Assembly (NCBI GenBank): GCA_013265495.1
Contig: MU058669.1
Coordinates: 852,234 to 916,233 of the forward strand
Source: Vicugna vicugna
Lineage: Eukaryota
Direction of reading: 5' to 3'
DNA length: 64,000 nt
Shown: in pieces, positions 1-14,620 of the stretch
Layout: the number at the start of each line of letters is the position of its first letter
How positions within the stretch are numbered: position 1 is the first letter of the stretch
Notes under the pieces: generated by a model
Database searches by the model: none
Told to the model about the DNA's origin: nothing
What the model saw: the letters and a program-made list of their open reading frames with translations, nothing else
Made by a program: the position numbers and the translations under genes

Positions 1-410
1 ATGAATGGATAAACCAAAATGGACACATCCATATAACATAACGTTATTTGGCAATAAGAAGGAATGAAGTACTGATACACATACTACATGGATGACCTTG
101 AAAACATGCCAGTCACAAAGGACTATATATTTTATGAATCCACTTGTATGTTATGTCCAGAAAAGGGAAATCCATAGAGATAGAAAGTAAATTGCTGGTT
201 GGCTAGGACTGTAGGAATTTGGCAGAGGGGGTGATGAGGAGTAACTGCTAGTGGGTATGGGGTTTCTTTTTGGGGTGATGAAAAAGTTTTAAAGTTGGAT
301 TGTGGTGATGGTTTCACAATTCTGTGAATATACATAGAACCATTGAATTGTACACTTTAAGTGGATGCACTGTATGGCATGTGAATCTTAGTAAAACTCT
401 TGGGGAAAAA
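1..410 (+). mobile_element. Old LINE-1 3' end (L1MB-like)
   Basis: Typical L1 3'UTR motifs: gaatgaagtactgatacac...catggatgaccttgaaaaca; gggtttctttttggggtgatgaaaa...tgtggtgatggtt...gaattgtacactttaa. Confidence 0.85.
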
Positions 411-1184
411 AAGACAAAGGCAAAATAAAGTTACATTTGGCTCTGGGAAAAAACTACTTCCAGAATCAAATTTGATGATTAAAAAAGGTAGATGAGCAAG
501 ACATGACCCAGGAAAAAGAAACTTGCCAGAAACAATGGCCACAAAAGAAGACTCATAATGGTGCATGCTACTAGGTAAAATTTACTGTGTACAAAAAATT
601 ATTTTATGAATCAATTCTTCATGCCATGGAAAATAATTGCACCCAATAAAAATAACTGCAGTACCTTAAAATGAAAATAAAAATCTTCTGTGAAAGAGAG
701 CTTAGCTATGCCACATAAAAATGATAAAAACTAAATTGACATAATACTGTTCATGCTGTAAAACTGTTTCTGGCTAAAGATTTGTCAATGCTAGTATCAC
801 TATGATTTAAATGCTTGTATTTATAAAGAGTAAAACTATCATCGGTGTCAAAACAGAAGGTCGAAATCAGTGGAGTCAAAATGTCTTGTATCCATTTAAA
901 GATGTGGTGATTTTGTCCTTATTGCCCAGTGGCAGACCAATAAAAGCTGGAATTGTGATGACTGATGAAGGCCTGCCCCCCAGCACCATCTCTTCCAAGG
1001 AAGCTTAGAGATTCATCATGAGTGTGCTGTGGTTTGACAAGTCATGATGTGGAGGGAAGAAGGTTAAAGCTCAGAATTTTTCCTCCCACCCACACAATTC
1101 CCACCAGCCAGGGACAACAGAAGCAAGCCAGTTCCCAAACACGGAAAGACTCCGTCTTTGAGACCTGCAGTGTCCTCTACTCAC

Positions 1185-1238
1185 CAGATTTGCAAGGATG
1201 TAGTGGTAGCCAATGCCATTTTTCTCCAGCTTTATAAT
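1185..1238 (-). CDS. GRIA1: GluA1 short internal coding exon (exon 5, 54 nt), not in the ORF track
   Basis: Minus strand reads gtcttgtag|ATTATAAAGCTGGAGAAAAATGGCATTGGCTACCACTACATCCTTGCAAATCTG|gtgagt = IIKLEKNGIGYHYILANL, the direct continuation of GluA1 after ...AILGQ; phase 0/0. Confidence 0.97.
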
Positions 1239-1289
1239 CTACAAGACACACAAGAGGGGCTCCATTAATCATACTGACAATTGAAGCTA

Positions 1290-1505
1290 CAACTGACACT
1301 AATTGAGTTCTGACTCTGTGCCCTGTCCTACCCTAAGTACTCAGAGTACAGTATCACAGCCATCCAAAGATGGTGGCATTGCTGATATCCTTGTTTCACA
1401 GATGAAGAATCGAGGCATTGTGAAGTTAAATAAATTCCCTAAGGTACCCAGTTATTAAGTAGCTGGTGCAAGATTTGAAATCAGTTTTGCTTGATTCCAG
1501 GGATA
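1290..1505 (-). mobile_element. MIR SINE
   Basis: Reverse MIR core (tttcacagatgaagaatcgaggc...gttaaataaattccctaaggt...gatttgaaatcag). Confidence 0.7.
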
Positions 1506-3819
1506 GACTAGTGTTATCATAATCCCAAGGTTCCAGCTGAACCAGCTGAAATGCTCTCTTTGCTTCTTCCGTAAAATCTTCCCCGTACATGGAGATTCTT
1601 CCCAGGCAGACTGGGAATCGTATGTTGAATTCCCCGTCATTGTTATAACAGTGGCTGCTGCTTGGATGGACAGCTGGGTGGATGGGTGGATGGGCAGATG
1701 TATGGTCAAATGAGTAGGTGGATAATTCCAGCCCAGCTCTTGACCTTCAAATCCTTGCATGGACCATATTCAGATACAGTTCCTTCTTTCCTGAACTTTG
1801 TGCCGTCTTCCCTAACCCAGTTGGTACTCTGACATCAATGAGCCACTCAACCTAGAAGCTGGAAGCAAATGTCAGGATCACCTGGCCCAACCTCTCCATG
1901 TACAGATGGGAAGTCCAGGCTCAGAGATGGGGAGTGATTTGCCAGATCTCACAGAAGTCTGATAGCAGGGTCAGGACAGGAACCTGACTATTGTGACCCT
2001 TTCAACATGATGCCTGATTAAGAGCGAGGGTCCCCAGACACTTCTCCATCTTGAATGCTCACACTGCCCCTAATCATTGTAGGCAGGAAAAATATTTCTA
2101 GAAAGAACTACCCAGAAGTTTGCTCAGGCATCCAGACACACCACCCAACATGCAAACAGCTAAGATTGTACCCTAATTCAGCCTTCAATTTAACTTGATC
2201 TAGTTCTTTCTTTTTTTAATCATCAAATTGAAGTTAGTACACCCTGCTCAGCGCCTCTCCCCCTGCACTGCTGCAAGGAGGTGCAAAACTTATGAGAAGC
2301 ACGTGGGCTTCATCTCTAACTGAATAAAATTTCAAGGTTATTAAAATCCACATTCAGACATCTACTTAATTGGGTGTATGTGCATTGCGGCCCACATATT
2401 TTTTATGTAGGGAATAATTAAATGCAAGCATACACAATGAACGCTCTGAAACAGTGGTTAGCATGTGAAATTCTGTGGGGCTCACATACTGTTGGGCTGA
2501 TAGTTTTATTAGTAATTCTTCATCACTTTTTCATTTTCTGTCAAATGGTTTGCTGCCCTTTCGACAATGAGACACCTTTATCAGAAACCTATTCAGCTTC
2601 TAATAAACACAAAGCAGCAAATAAAAGAAACTGGAAACCCACTGCATCCAGGCAATGATAAGAAAAGTCTCTGAAGAGGAAATTATAGGTTGAAATGCAG
2701 GAAACAGCTGATGACGAATGACTTTTGACTGATAAAAATTAGGAATTTTACATGGTTCAACCTAACACCCACTTTCCCAACCATCTAGTTAGCTACCTAC
2801 CCAGTGGCCTACGTCCCCTTTCACAAACATTGACTAAGTGCTGACTGTCTGCCAAGCACTGGGCTGGGGGTAGAGCGGACAGTGAAACAAGCATGGTGCT
2901 CGCCGTCCTGGGGGTCACCGTTTACTGGGAGGAGACCTGCACGGAACAGGTGGAGATAAATGCAGACAGGATTACCGACTGAGAAGGTCATTATAAAGGT
3001 GACCTGCAATTTCATTTGGAGTCCGTTGCCTCACTAACCCCATTCCTTCAAAGCTCATTTCTGCTGGATTGCCTTAACTCACAGTCTTTGTGTCCAGAAG
3101 GCCCTTTCCCATTCTCTCTAATTATTCATAACCTTTATGGCTGAGTTCTAATCCCAACTACTCTGTAAAACTATCTATGATTAATTAATTCAGTCAACAA
3201 ATATTTACTGAACAAGGCCCATATGCCAAGCACCATGCTATGTGTACAAGCTATGAACAGGTGAGGCAAGGTCCCCAGGCCCTCACTGAGCTGAGTTGAC
3301 ACTTTTGCAGGGAGCCAGATGGTAAGTGTATAAACAGATAAATGAGTAAGATATCAGCAGGTGAAAAGCACTGTGAAGACAATAAAACAGGATGGATGGC
3401 ATCCTCCTGGTCTCCCCCATCCGTCTCTAACTTATCCTGAACTTAATGACTGTATTACATAATTTGGTGTCTTATACAGTGCTAAAGCATTATATTCTGA
3501 TAAGCCTGTTCCCTGCTCACAAACCTTCACTGCCCTCTCCACTGTTTACAGAATGAACCCCAAACTCTTTAGAATGGCTTCCAAAGATAGTCATGATCGT
3601 ATGTTCTTCTCCCCGTCATTGTCTCCCAGTAGACAATTGTCATTCTCCACTTGGTCTCTTCAACCACCTTGTGAATCTTGGCCCTCACATGCCCTCTGGG
3701 CCTCCCTACATGCTCTTACCTCCAGCTTAAAGGCTCTTATCCATCCAAAGGCTACCTGTCGCTATCCAGACCCATCTCACATCTGGGTTCTTTCTTAGAG
3801 CATTCACTGATTCCCTATT

Positions 3820-3960
3820 CTTGCCATTCATTCAAAAAATATTTATTGAATACCTACTAGGTGCCAAGCACCATTCAAGGCACTGTGAATACAGCACGAA
3901 AGAAAACCAACAGAAGTCCCTGCCCGAATAGTGCTTCTGTTCTAGTAAGAACTCTAGAGG
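3820..3960 (-). mobile_element. L2 3' end
   Basis: cattcattcaaaaaatatttattgaatacctactaggtgccaagcac is the reverse of the L2 3' terminus. Confidence 0.7.
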
Positions 3961-4399
3961 TAGAGACAGGCAATTAACTCCCCATTTGGAATTTGGAGTC
4001 ACTGCCTTCCTCCTCAGTTTAGGCAGAACATTTGTGCTAGACTGAGAGGATCCCAATAACTGAGTGTTAGATAGTCTAGGATGATGCCAAGATGTGTGAC
4101 TGCAAATCAGAAGACGTCAATTCTAGACTCATCGTCATTGTCAATAGTCAGTTGCCTGAACTCGAAACAAATCATTCAACAAATATGACCATCAGTCATT
4201 CCGTCTGTAAAGTGTGAATGCAAGTGGCAAATCAGGTGATTTGTAAGATCCTTTCAGCATCTTGGCTTACAAGAATCCAACAATTAAAAAAGTTTATATA
4301 CTACCATCTAAAATATTGCTTCCCTACAAAACACAAGTTTGTCCTCTTACAGAGTGGGTGGCTATAGACAGCAGATGCTAAAAGTTGCATTTTTGAAAG

Positions 4400-4615
4400 G
4401 CTGGGCCCTGTAGTCAGACCAAGATGGGTTTGACTTCATGATTTTCTTATATGACAGCTGTGAAAAACCCCAGGCAAGTATAATTCCTTATTTCTTCATC
4501 TATAAAATAGGGAAACTGATAAAGCTGTTTTATGGAGATGATGTGAGATCGAAGTAGCATTATATATGAATAGGGCTTGGCATAGTATCTGGTGTGTGGT
4601 AAGCACTCGCTTTCT
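4400..4615 (+). mobile_element. MIR SINE
   Basis: tgtagtcagac...gggtttga...tttcttcatctataaaataggg...ggtaagcactc. Confidence 0.65.
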
Positions 4616-4789
4616 TATACAGCAATATAGCAGGAGCCGTCAGTCTATTAAGAATACCGAATTATCATTCAGCACTTTCTCTACCTCCTATCTCATCTAA
4701 TCTTTTTATCAGCTTTGTAGAACAGGGGCCTTCATCCCTATTTCACAGATGAGTACACTTATGCCAAAGAGGAAGTGACTCAAGAAACC

Positions 4790-5210
4790 AGTATATACCC
4801 ACAACACCTTGAATGAATCTCCAAGGAATTATGCCAGGTGAATAAAGCCAAACCCAAAACGTTACACACTATGTGATTCCATTTCTACCATATTCTCGAA
4901 ATAAGGAAATTATAGAAATGGAGAACAGATTAGTGATTGCTTGGGGAAAGGGAAAAAGAGAAGGAGATAGGGAAGCAGTATGACTACAAAAGGGCGACAC
5001 AGGGTTTTTGTGCTGATGGAAATGTTCGGTACCTCGAATGTGCCAAGTGCAATTGTCAGTTTCCTCGTTGTGATATTGCACTATTGTTTTGCAAGATGTT
5101 ACCACTGGGATAACTGGATATGTGGTACATGGGATCTCATTGTATTATTTCTTACATGTGTATATGACTCTGCATCTCAAAATTAAAAGTTTAACTGAAA
5201 AAATAAAACA
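4790..5210 (+). mobile_element. Old LINE-1 3' end (L1MC-like)
   Basis: gaatgaatctccaaggaattatg...tgtgattccattt...gaaatggagaacagattagtgattgc...tctcaaaattaaaag. Confidence 0.8.
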
Positions 5211-5284
5211 CCAGTATAAGTTGACACTATGAACAGGAAAAATAGGCAAATTCTTACACACCTCACTTTCTGTGGGGCTGGCTC

Positions 5285-5327
5285 TATTCTAAGTGCTTTA
5301 CATGTATGCATGTGTGTGTATATATGT

Positions 5328-5360
<33 letters not shown>

Positions 5361-5560
5361 TTCTTTTAACTCTCACAAGAAGCTCTCTAAAGGTAACTAT
5401 GATGATGCCCATTTTACAGATCAGAAACTGAGCTGCAGGAATATTAAAACCTGGCTCAAAAAAAAATGGCTCAATATTAAAACCAGAGCTAGTAAACATG
5501 AGAGCTAGGAATTTGAATCCCGGGCAGTCTGGCTCCAGTGTCTTTAATTTAAACCATTAC
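5285..5560 (-). mobile_element. MIR SINE containing a (TG/TA)n microsatellite at about 5311-5360
   Basis: cccattttacagatcagaaactgag...ggaatttgaatcccgggcagtctggctccag; TA run seen directly. Confidence 0.75.
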
Positions 5561-6461
5561 TCTGTTCTTTACTTAATTAGAATTCCAACCCTCTGACTCC
5601 AGCTCAGAGAACTCCTATCTCAATAGAAATAGTTTTTGCTGGTTTCTCTCTCTGAGAAGCCAGATCCACACTTTGTAAAGTAGAACATAGAGTTAATGCC
5701 TCAAAGACCCCCTGACTTTCCAAATTTCTCCTATTCAGTTGCCGAGGGCTCTGAGTAATTGCTGAGCTGGCGCTGAGATTCCCTGTGGGAGCCCCAGGGG
5801 TCTTGAGAGCCATTAACAAGCTCTGTCATGTTATCAAGTACTTAAAACTGCCATCTTTGATTGTATAGCACTGCTCAAAAATGATCGCAAAGTCTCCTTC
5901 CTTACTAGCTCATCTGAATGCAAAAATGTAATTTAAAAAGACAAGTGATCTACACAAAGACCTGCTCCTTCTGTGGTGGGGACAGGCTTTACTTCTGGGA
6001 ACTGGAGGAACCGTGGCTTCTAGACATCTGGCTGAAGACTATTGAGGTTACAGTGCCCTTTCATAGACTATAAAATCAATTGATGGTTTGGACAGAAGAA
6101 TGTGTTCCAGGAAACAGTAGAAAGGGAGATGCCTGGGGACATCCTGGGCTCTTAAAACAAGTCAGTGGGTCAAATGGATGAGATACCAAGTTCTGCATCA
6201 GTGGTGACAGGATCCAGAGCCGAACCCAGGGATCTGGCTCTATAGGATGTGATGGCACTTCACAAACCCTAAAACGCAATGCCATTTGCTTTTTCAGCAA
6301 GAAAAGGAAGCAATGGAGGCAAGTTTTTGGTAAACTGATCTGAGAACCATTTGAAGCCATATGTGAAGGCTCTCACTGTTCATGCTATTTCATAACGTGT
6401 CAGAATTAAGTCTTATGAATTCCAGAATGTAAGAAGGAAGGTGTCTGGTTTCATCTAGTCA

Positions 6462-6827
<366 letters not shown>

Positions 6828-7361
6828 TCAGCTCCATCTTTCTCTGTGCAAGTCTGAGCTCACTCAGGGCAGGCTCTGGGTCTCTTTTGTGTCTCTGGTT
6901 CCAGAACATAGCAGGCAACAGAGCAAGAGATTAAAAATATAATCTGAGGCTCAAATCTTGAAGCTACGCTATACTGGTTAAATGATCTTATACAGACTAA
7001 TTTGCCTCTTTGAACTGTCTTCAATGGTAAAACAGTGCTGTTAATAATGCCCACCTCACAGTGTCATCATGAGAATTGAATGAGAATGTCTCCCACGTGG
7101 CAAGGGTTTTATAAATATAGATTACTATTAGGCATTTAGTAACTGCGTGTGAAATGTGCCAATCTGATATCAACAGCACCTAATAACTGTCAATCAGATC
7201 CGTGAATGTTTGGTACATCTCTGTGCCTAGTACTTGCCTCTCACACAGTAAGTGTTCAATCAGTGCGCACTCAATTAAACCACTCTCTTCTGATTTATAG
7301 CTAAGTATTAGGGGAGTCCATTACTCGATACTGCTTTGTTTCATCTTTGAGACACAGATGG

Positions 7362-7858
7362 TGTATTAGTTACTGCAGCTGTAACACACCGCAAACTTAG
7401 CGACTTAACACATGTATTATCTTACACAGCCAGAGGTCCAATGTTTGAAATAAATCTCCCTGGGCTAAAATCAAGGTATTGGCAGGGCTGTTATTTTCAG
7501 GAGGGTCTAGGGTAGAAACTTTTCTTGCCTTTCCAGCTTCTAGAGGATGTCTGCTTTTCTTGGTTTATAGCCTCTTCCATCTTCCAAACCAGCCGTGACT
7601 GGTCAGGTCTTTCTCACATCTTACTCTGACACTGCCTCTTCTGCCTCCAACCTGCACACTGAAGGACCCTTGAGATTACACTGAAGGTGCCCAAATAATC
7701 CAGGATAATCTCTATCTTAAAGTTAGTTGATTAACATCGTGAATTCCATCTGTAACCTTAATCCCTCTCACCATTTAACGTAACATATTCACAGATTCCA
7801 GGAATTAGAGCACAGACATCTTTGCGGGGAAAGGGAGGTCATTATTCTGCCTGCAACA
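7362..7858 (-). mobile_element. MaLR solo LTR (MLT1C/D-like)
   Basis: TG...CA termini; ctaaaatcaaggtattggcagggctg, ttccagcttctagagg, ataatccaggataatctc motifs; near-perfect 5-bp TSD gatgg (7357-7361) / gatgt (7859-7863). Confidence 0.85.
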
Positions 7859-9024
7859 GATGTTTTTTCATTCTGGCATCATTAATCAGTCTTTGTATAT
7901 ATATATCATTTCTGTGTCCCCATAACACTGCTAATCCCTCCCACAGTGACCAGTGTGGTACCTGATCTAAAGAATCATCTGTAGATTGATTCTGCTGTCT
8001 CTTCCTATCTTTCTTTCTTTTTAGTACACGTTTGATGTGCTTAAGCCTCACATTTACTGAAAATTTACTGTGTGTTTGGAACTGCTCTATTAGCTTTCTT
8101 GTCTTCAGTTCACTTAATTCAGTCAGGTGGGTACCATTATTATCCATGTTTCACACATGTGGAAATTGAGGTTCAGAGAGATTTAGTCATTGGTCCAAGG
8201 TCACACAGCTAGCAAATGGCTCTGAGCTCAGAGTTGTGAGGTAGGTGGAGTCCCTTTAAGAGTACAGCCACTTTTGCTAACTGACCCCAGAGATGATCCT
8301 CTGTGATGAAAATGACATTTTTCTGCTTTGCCACTTCCAGGCCTCGAGCCTCATTATGCTGCAAAGCTGTCCTGAAATAGCCCATCTGCAGGTCATCCTT
8401 ATAATGGCTTCTTGTCTGAGAAGGGAAATCATCAAAACAGAGGGAAGGGAAAATCGAAGAAAATAGAGTGCTTCTGGTCTCTTCTGCCAGCTAATTCTCA
8501 TTGAATACTGCCTGCCTAACTCTTCCTAAAAAACCATTTCACAAGCCACTCTCCTAATCAAAAGTCTTCTAAGCGTACTTAAAGGCAGCCTCCTATAAAA
8601 CCTCCCTTTTGCTGAGGGCAAAACTCCTATGCCTCATTTCCCAGACTTTGTATGATCCATTTATTTTTTTGCATCAATAACGGCTAAGTTCTTGCAGGAC
8701 TGTCTAGTCTACCGGGGGAGGAAGGCGGGTACAACACACCCACCGCAGGAGTTAGTACAAAGAAGAGTGTTTCCATCTAGGAGGTCAGGAAATAGACACA
8801 GTGGTGTTTGAGGATGTTGCAAAACAAAGGAGGAATTTGCATGTGCAGATCTGAGAAGGGCAGTGTAATCCCAGAAACTGGAATTACCCAAGCAAAGATG
8901 TAGAGAAGAAAAAAAAAAGAAGTGTTGGAAACATTTAGAAAATGTGATGGAAAATTCAAGACTTAAGTGGAGGCAGAATTATAGAAAGGATTGATGGTGA
9001 TGATGGTGGTGATGATGATATTAG

Positions 9025-9315
9025 CAGTTACCACGTACAGAAGACTCTACATGTTCTTTATGTCGTAGGAACTTCCCAGTCACTTTCTAGTCATCGTCTT
9101 GTCCAATCCTCACAACTTTATGAGGTAGAGACCAGTTCTATCTTCATTACAGAGATGAGGAAATGAAGGAATAGAGGATTTTATTCCCACTGCATAAATA
9201 ATCAAACTGAGGCAGAGGGAGCTTGCCCAAAGTCAAACAGCCGGAGAGGAAAAAACATGGAATTCAGATCCAGGTCTGTCTGACTCCAGAGTCTCTACTC
9301 CTAAAAACCGTGCCA
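9025..9315 (-). mobile_element. MIR SINE
   Basis: aatcctcacaactttatgaggtag...cagagatgaggaaatgaagg...cttgcccaaagtca...ccaggtctgtctgactccagag. Confidence 0.7.
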
Positions 9316-9473
9316 TGAGCCAGGAGCCATTCAGCTGAGGTCCTTGGCCTCTGAGTCTGGGCTCAGGACCCATGGAAGCTTAGTGAGCGGCAGAGAGACA
9401 TGGTGCATTAAGGGGATTATTCTCAAGGATGTGTTTCCACACTGTGAGTTATAGATTAGCTATGGGAAAATCA

Positions 9474-10088
<615 letters not shown>

Positions 10089-11679
10089 ATGCAAATGCTT
10101 GTTAGGTACCAATTCCATGCCTGGTGTTGTCATGGTTATTAATTATAAATGTATACAAAGCATTTTTGTAAGTTCATTCACTTTATCTGCACAATGACCT
10201 TATTAAGGCAGGAAAAGGAAGGCTGGGTCATTTTTTTAAAGGGAAAAACCAAGGCTCAGAAAGTTAACGAACATGTCCAAGGTAGCACAGCTAGAACATA
10301 TCTGAGTTGGGCAGGTATCTTGGCCCTAATCCAGTGATCTTTCTATGACACTGTCCATTGCTTCGAGGCAACACATAATAAGATGCTACAAGAAGAAGGT
10401 CTGCCAGCTTGCTGCTGACACACGTTTAAGAAAACAGATGTTGATTTTCTCAGCCTACCCTTAGCTTTCAGTGTACATTTCTCTGCCGATGAGCATTGTG
10501 TATTTGTTCATCCTGCTGGCTGATTTTTCAGGCCCCTCAGTGTGTCAGCCATAGTAGTAGATTAGCTCTGTGAACATCCCCACAGGTGCCACATTGTAAG
10601 ATTCCTGTACAGTTATCCATACTGGCTTGTGTCTGGTTACACTGCTGCTTAGAATATCATGCTAAAAAGACCAAAGTTAGGGCGCCAAGCTGCAGGCCAT
10701 TCAGCTGCTAAACTTCACCTTAATGTGTGATGTAGGATGAGGGTTCATGGTCTTTGCCGCAGTCAAGTGCCCAACCCCAATGCCACCGCAGTACCTGGAA
10801 ATTACCATCTTAATGTGGATGGTGAGGGAGACAAGTCATCTTCATCACAGTAACCGTATTTTAGGGTGCTTTGCAGCATATGCTAGGCTATTTAGTTCTC
10901 ATCACAACCCTGTGACTTTGATATTATCAATTTTATTTTAAAATGAAAAAGCTGGTGCTCTTAGAGCCTCTGCTCTCTTTACCATGTCACCTTCCTCCAT
11001 GACCCTACACTGCCTTTGTAGATGGGGATTTCAAATTATGCTGCATGAGCATTGCCTAAATGTGATCCATGAAACTGTAGCCCCATAAAAAAGCCTCCTA
11101 AAAAAGAAAAGGCTTCTTTGGGCAAATAAATTTGGGAAATGGCCAAACTCTGTCCTCCTCTTGGTTTTTGCTACTAGCTACATAAAAGGTTGTGAGGGTC
11201 CTGATCAATTTTAACCAAATTTTGTCAAATTCCTCCATCCCCCAGACCCTTTGTTGGTGAATGTTTTTAAACATGTTACTGATGCACTGGGCCATGCTGC
11301 ACTGAGGAGTGCCAGTAGCCATTGGGACCCAATTGCCTGCTCTGCATCTTAGTTTTCAGTCAGTTCCTAGACCCTCGCTTTATGCCCTTGAAAAATCATC
11401 TGTTAAAGAGTGTAACAGAACCACACACATCATCTGTCTGACTTCTAATGTAAAGCAACAAGCCATCTATAGGGGATCTGGCAGGTGGCCTTTAACATCT
11501 GCTTGCATGCTTGTAATTCCTGGGCACTCACTACTTCTCAAGGTGCCCAGTCCACTCACTGACCACTCTTTGAAATCAGAACCTCGTATGCCTGCTCTTA
11601 ACCCACTTCATGACCCTCCTTGTATCTGAAGGTGCCCCTCATGAACTCCAGCTTTATGGCATTCGGTTTTCAGTAGTGA

Positions 11680-12340
11680 CATCTATCCTCCACCTAGAAG
11701 CTAGAGGGATCCTTTTAATTAAAAAAAAATAGAAAACAGAGAAAAACCACAAATGAAACACATTATTTCCCTTCCTTGTACAGAATCTCTCAAAAGTTTT
11801 GAGGTTTCCCATTGCACATAGGAAAAACTCTTGAACATCTCACCATGACTCAGAGCCAGATAAACCTGCCCCTTTAACCCCCTCCTCCCTCACACCACTC
11901 CCCTTGCTCCCTGCTCTAGCCACACTGGCCTTCGGTGCTGTTCCTAAAGGCTCCAAGCTCACTCTGCCTGGGACACTCTGCAATGCTCTTCCCTTACCTC
12001 CTTGCAGCGCTCACTCCTTTCCAGAAGTTTTCTCTCAACTCAAATCTCACCTCCTTGAACAGGCCTTTCTTCATCACTTGTTCTAAATAATGACCCCATC
12101 CTCCCCTTGTCTCCCTGTAGGTCTCTATCACCCCCTCATCTTATCTTTCATACTTGAATTTAATAATTCAATGATTACTTGAAATCATTTTCTTTTTTGG
12201 CTTGTATATATCTGTGGCTGCTGGGATCACTGTCAATTTCCTGAAAACAGGGGTCTCATTTGTGTCCCAAAGCCAGCATAGTACCTGGGACATGGTAGGT
12301 GCTTAGTAAATGTTTGCTGAATGAATGAATGATGAATGCT
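11680..12340 (+). mobile_element. L2 LINE 3' fragment
   Basis: Pyrimidine-rich L2 body ending ccagcatagtacctgggacatggtaggtgcttagtaaatgtttgctgaatgaatgaatg. Confidence 0.7.
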
Positions 12341-14348
12341 TGAAGAGAGGGGCACATGACCTGCAGGAGGGGATGAGGAGGAGCTGGACTCAAACAGACA
12401 TGACAGTTGGGTCACCCTGGACCTCCTGCTCCCCTGTGCTGGGTAGGTGTATTCTATACCACTCACACTATTTTTTTCTTTCACCCTAATGAGGACACTC
12501 CATCCATTAGCAGCCGACAATAAGCACTGTCTTTAAATGTCTATTGTAATTGCCAGAATCAAGATTTCCATAGCTATAGATTTCTCCACCAGGAAGCATA
12601 CATTGTGTATTAGTCTTCTCATGTTAAAGATAGATTTGTCAAAAAGCACACTCCATCTTGCTGGGTGAAGTGTGTATGGGGAGTGCATAAACCCCGGTAA
12701 AATATTATAATATGCTGTCTGCAGTATTTTTAGGAGCTCTTCTTTCCTTGCGGCAATGAAATATTATCTGGTGGGATATAAATCTCATGTTCCCCATCTA
12801 TTCCCTGATGTCATCTGCTCAGCTTCGCACCTTAAGTTGGGCCTCTGGGGCCCCTGTGGCTAGTGCTTCTTGCTGGAACTTTAGAAGTCGAGGAGGAACA
12901 GGTGGCATGGAGCGGAAGAAATGGGTGCAGAGTAGACATGATTAACTCCTTAGACACAGAGGCCAGGATGTTTTTTTCCCACTCAGATTATCTCCCTGTT
13001 TTTCCCTTGTGCAAATCTTGTTTCCCTTAAACTGAGTGTTTTATTCTCTAAGGCTGAGAGGGTATATTTCCCTACTGCTCCTAAAAGAGCATGGCTTGAA
13101 GGTAGCCTGGCTTGGTTTTACACGAATGGACCCTGGCCCCCAGAACTGTGTAGCATCTGACCTTCAGTCTGGCTCCTCATTTCAGCTAAGCCTGAGCATC
13201 TCAGTGAGGGGGGGGGGGCTAAGACTCTGTAGGCCCAAGGCCTGTGGGAGAATGTATAATTGGTTAAATGTTCAGAAATATAATTAGTTGTAGTGCGTTC
13301 CTTTAAATCTGTCACAGTGAATATTCAATTAGAAAAGATAACATGGTCTTGTAGAAAAAGTACCAGACTAGATGCCAGAAGGCCTGGAAGAGTCTCTTCT
13401 CGGTTTTGTCACAACACAGTACTTGTGTGACCTTGAGTCAATCCCAGGCTCTCCCTGGGCTTCCGTTTGCCATCTGTAAAATGGTGGTGGGAACTGTTTA
13501 ATGCCCCTTCAGGCTCCAGCATCCTATGTTCTAGTCTAATCAGTTGGAAAACATTTACTGATGGACCACACTTTGGTTATTTGCTGGTCTTACTTTTAGC
13601 AACCTCCAGTGCACTGTTTCAAACCCAGAAATCAGATTAAGGCTCTGAGCTCTGGGATGGTAAGTGAACCCCAGCACTAAATCTAGATGCATTCAAAGTC
13701 TTGAGTGTAGTTCAGATACAAGTCTTAACTAGATGTGCGAGTTAGTTACCTAGTGGAGAGTAGATGAGAGAAGGCACTTCAGAACAGAGGCTAGAGGTGG
13801 AGCTGGTAGGTCAGGTCCAGCAAGCAGGAGGGGAGAAATGGGAACCCTCAGAGCAGCCGCAAACCCTGATGTGTGCTGGGCAGACGCCTGGGCTCATGTT
13901 GAATCAGAGTAGGCTGGACTATGTGCAGAGTCTTTCACTGATACCAGTGCTGCATACAGTGCCTTTGACTGTCATAGTCAAGAGCTGACGTTTGAGCACT
14001 TACAAAGTACCAGACACCCTACCAAGGACGTTTCCTTGCGTTGACTTTTTTGTCCCATAAAGTGGGTTACAAGTTGGGGAAATGAGGTCCAGCACCAGCG
14101 CAAGGCAGAGCTGAGATCTGAACTCCACCACGCTAACCACAGAGCTGGAGCTCTTGACCTCTGCAATACGCCCCGCCCCCTCTCCCCCAGCAGTGTTGGA
14201 AAGAAACAGTCCTGGCATGTGGGTCAGCTTCAGTTTCTGGAGAATCCTCTCATGGGGCACACTGCCTTCCGCTGACGACGGATCAGGAGGCAATAATGTG
14301 TTAGGGTCCATTGATATTAAAACAAAACAAAATTCAAAACTGGGTGGT

Positions 14349-14620
14349 GCTCTTTTTTGTAAATAAGTTTGTTTGTCTTTTTTGTCTAGATTCCACATAT
14401 AAGTGATATCATATGATATTTTTCTTTCTCTTTCTGGCTTACTTCACTTAGAATGGCAATCTCCAGGTCCATCCATGTTGCTGCAAATGGCATTATTTTA
14501 TTCTTCTTTATGGTGGAGTATATGTTCATGTATGACTGAAGCATTATGCTGTACATCAGAAATTGACACAACACTGTACACTGACAACACTGTACACTGA
14601 CTATACTTCAATAAAAAAAA
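14349..14620. mobile_element. Artiodactyl-type L1 3' end with 5' inversion (twin priming)
   Basis: 14349-~14520 is L1 in minus orientation; ~14521-14620 is the L1 3' terminus in plus orientation with aataaa/polyA; flanked by aaaa(c)tgggtggt direct repeats. Confidence 0.88.
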
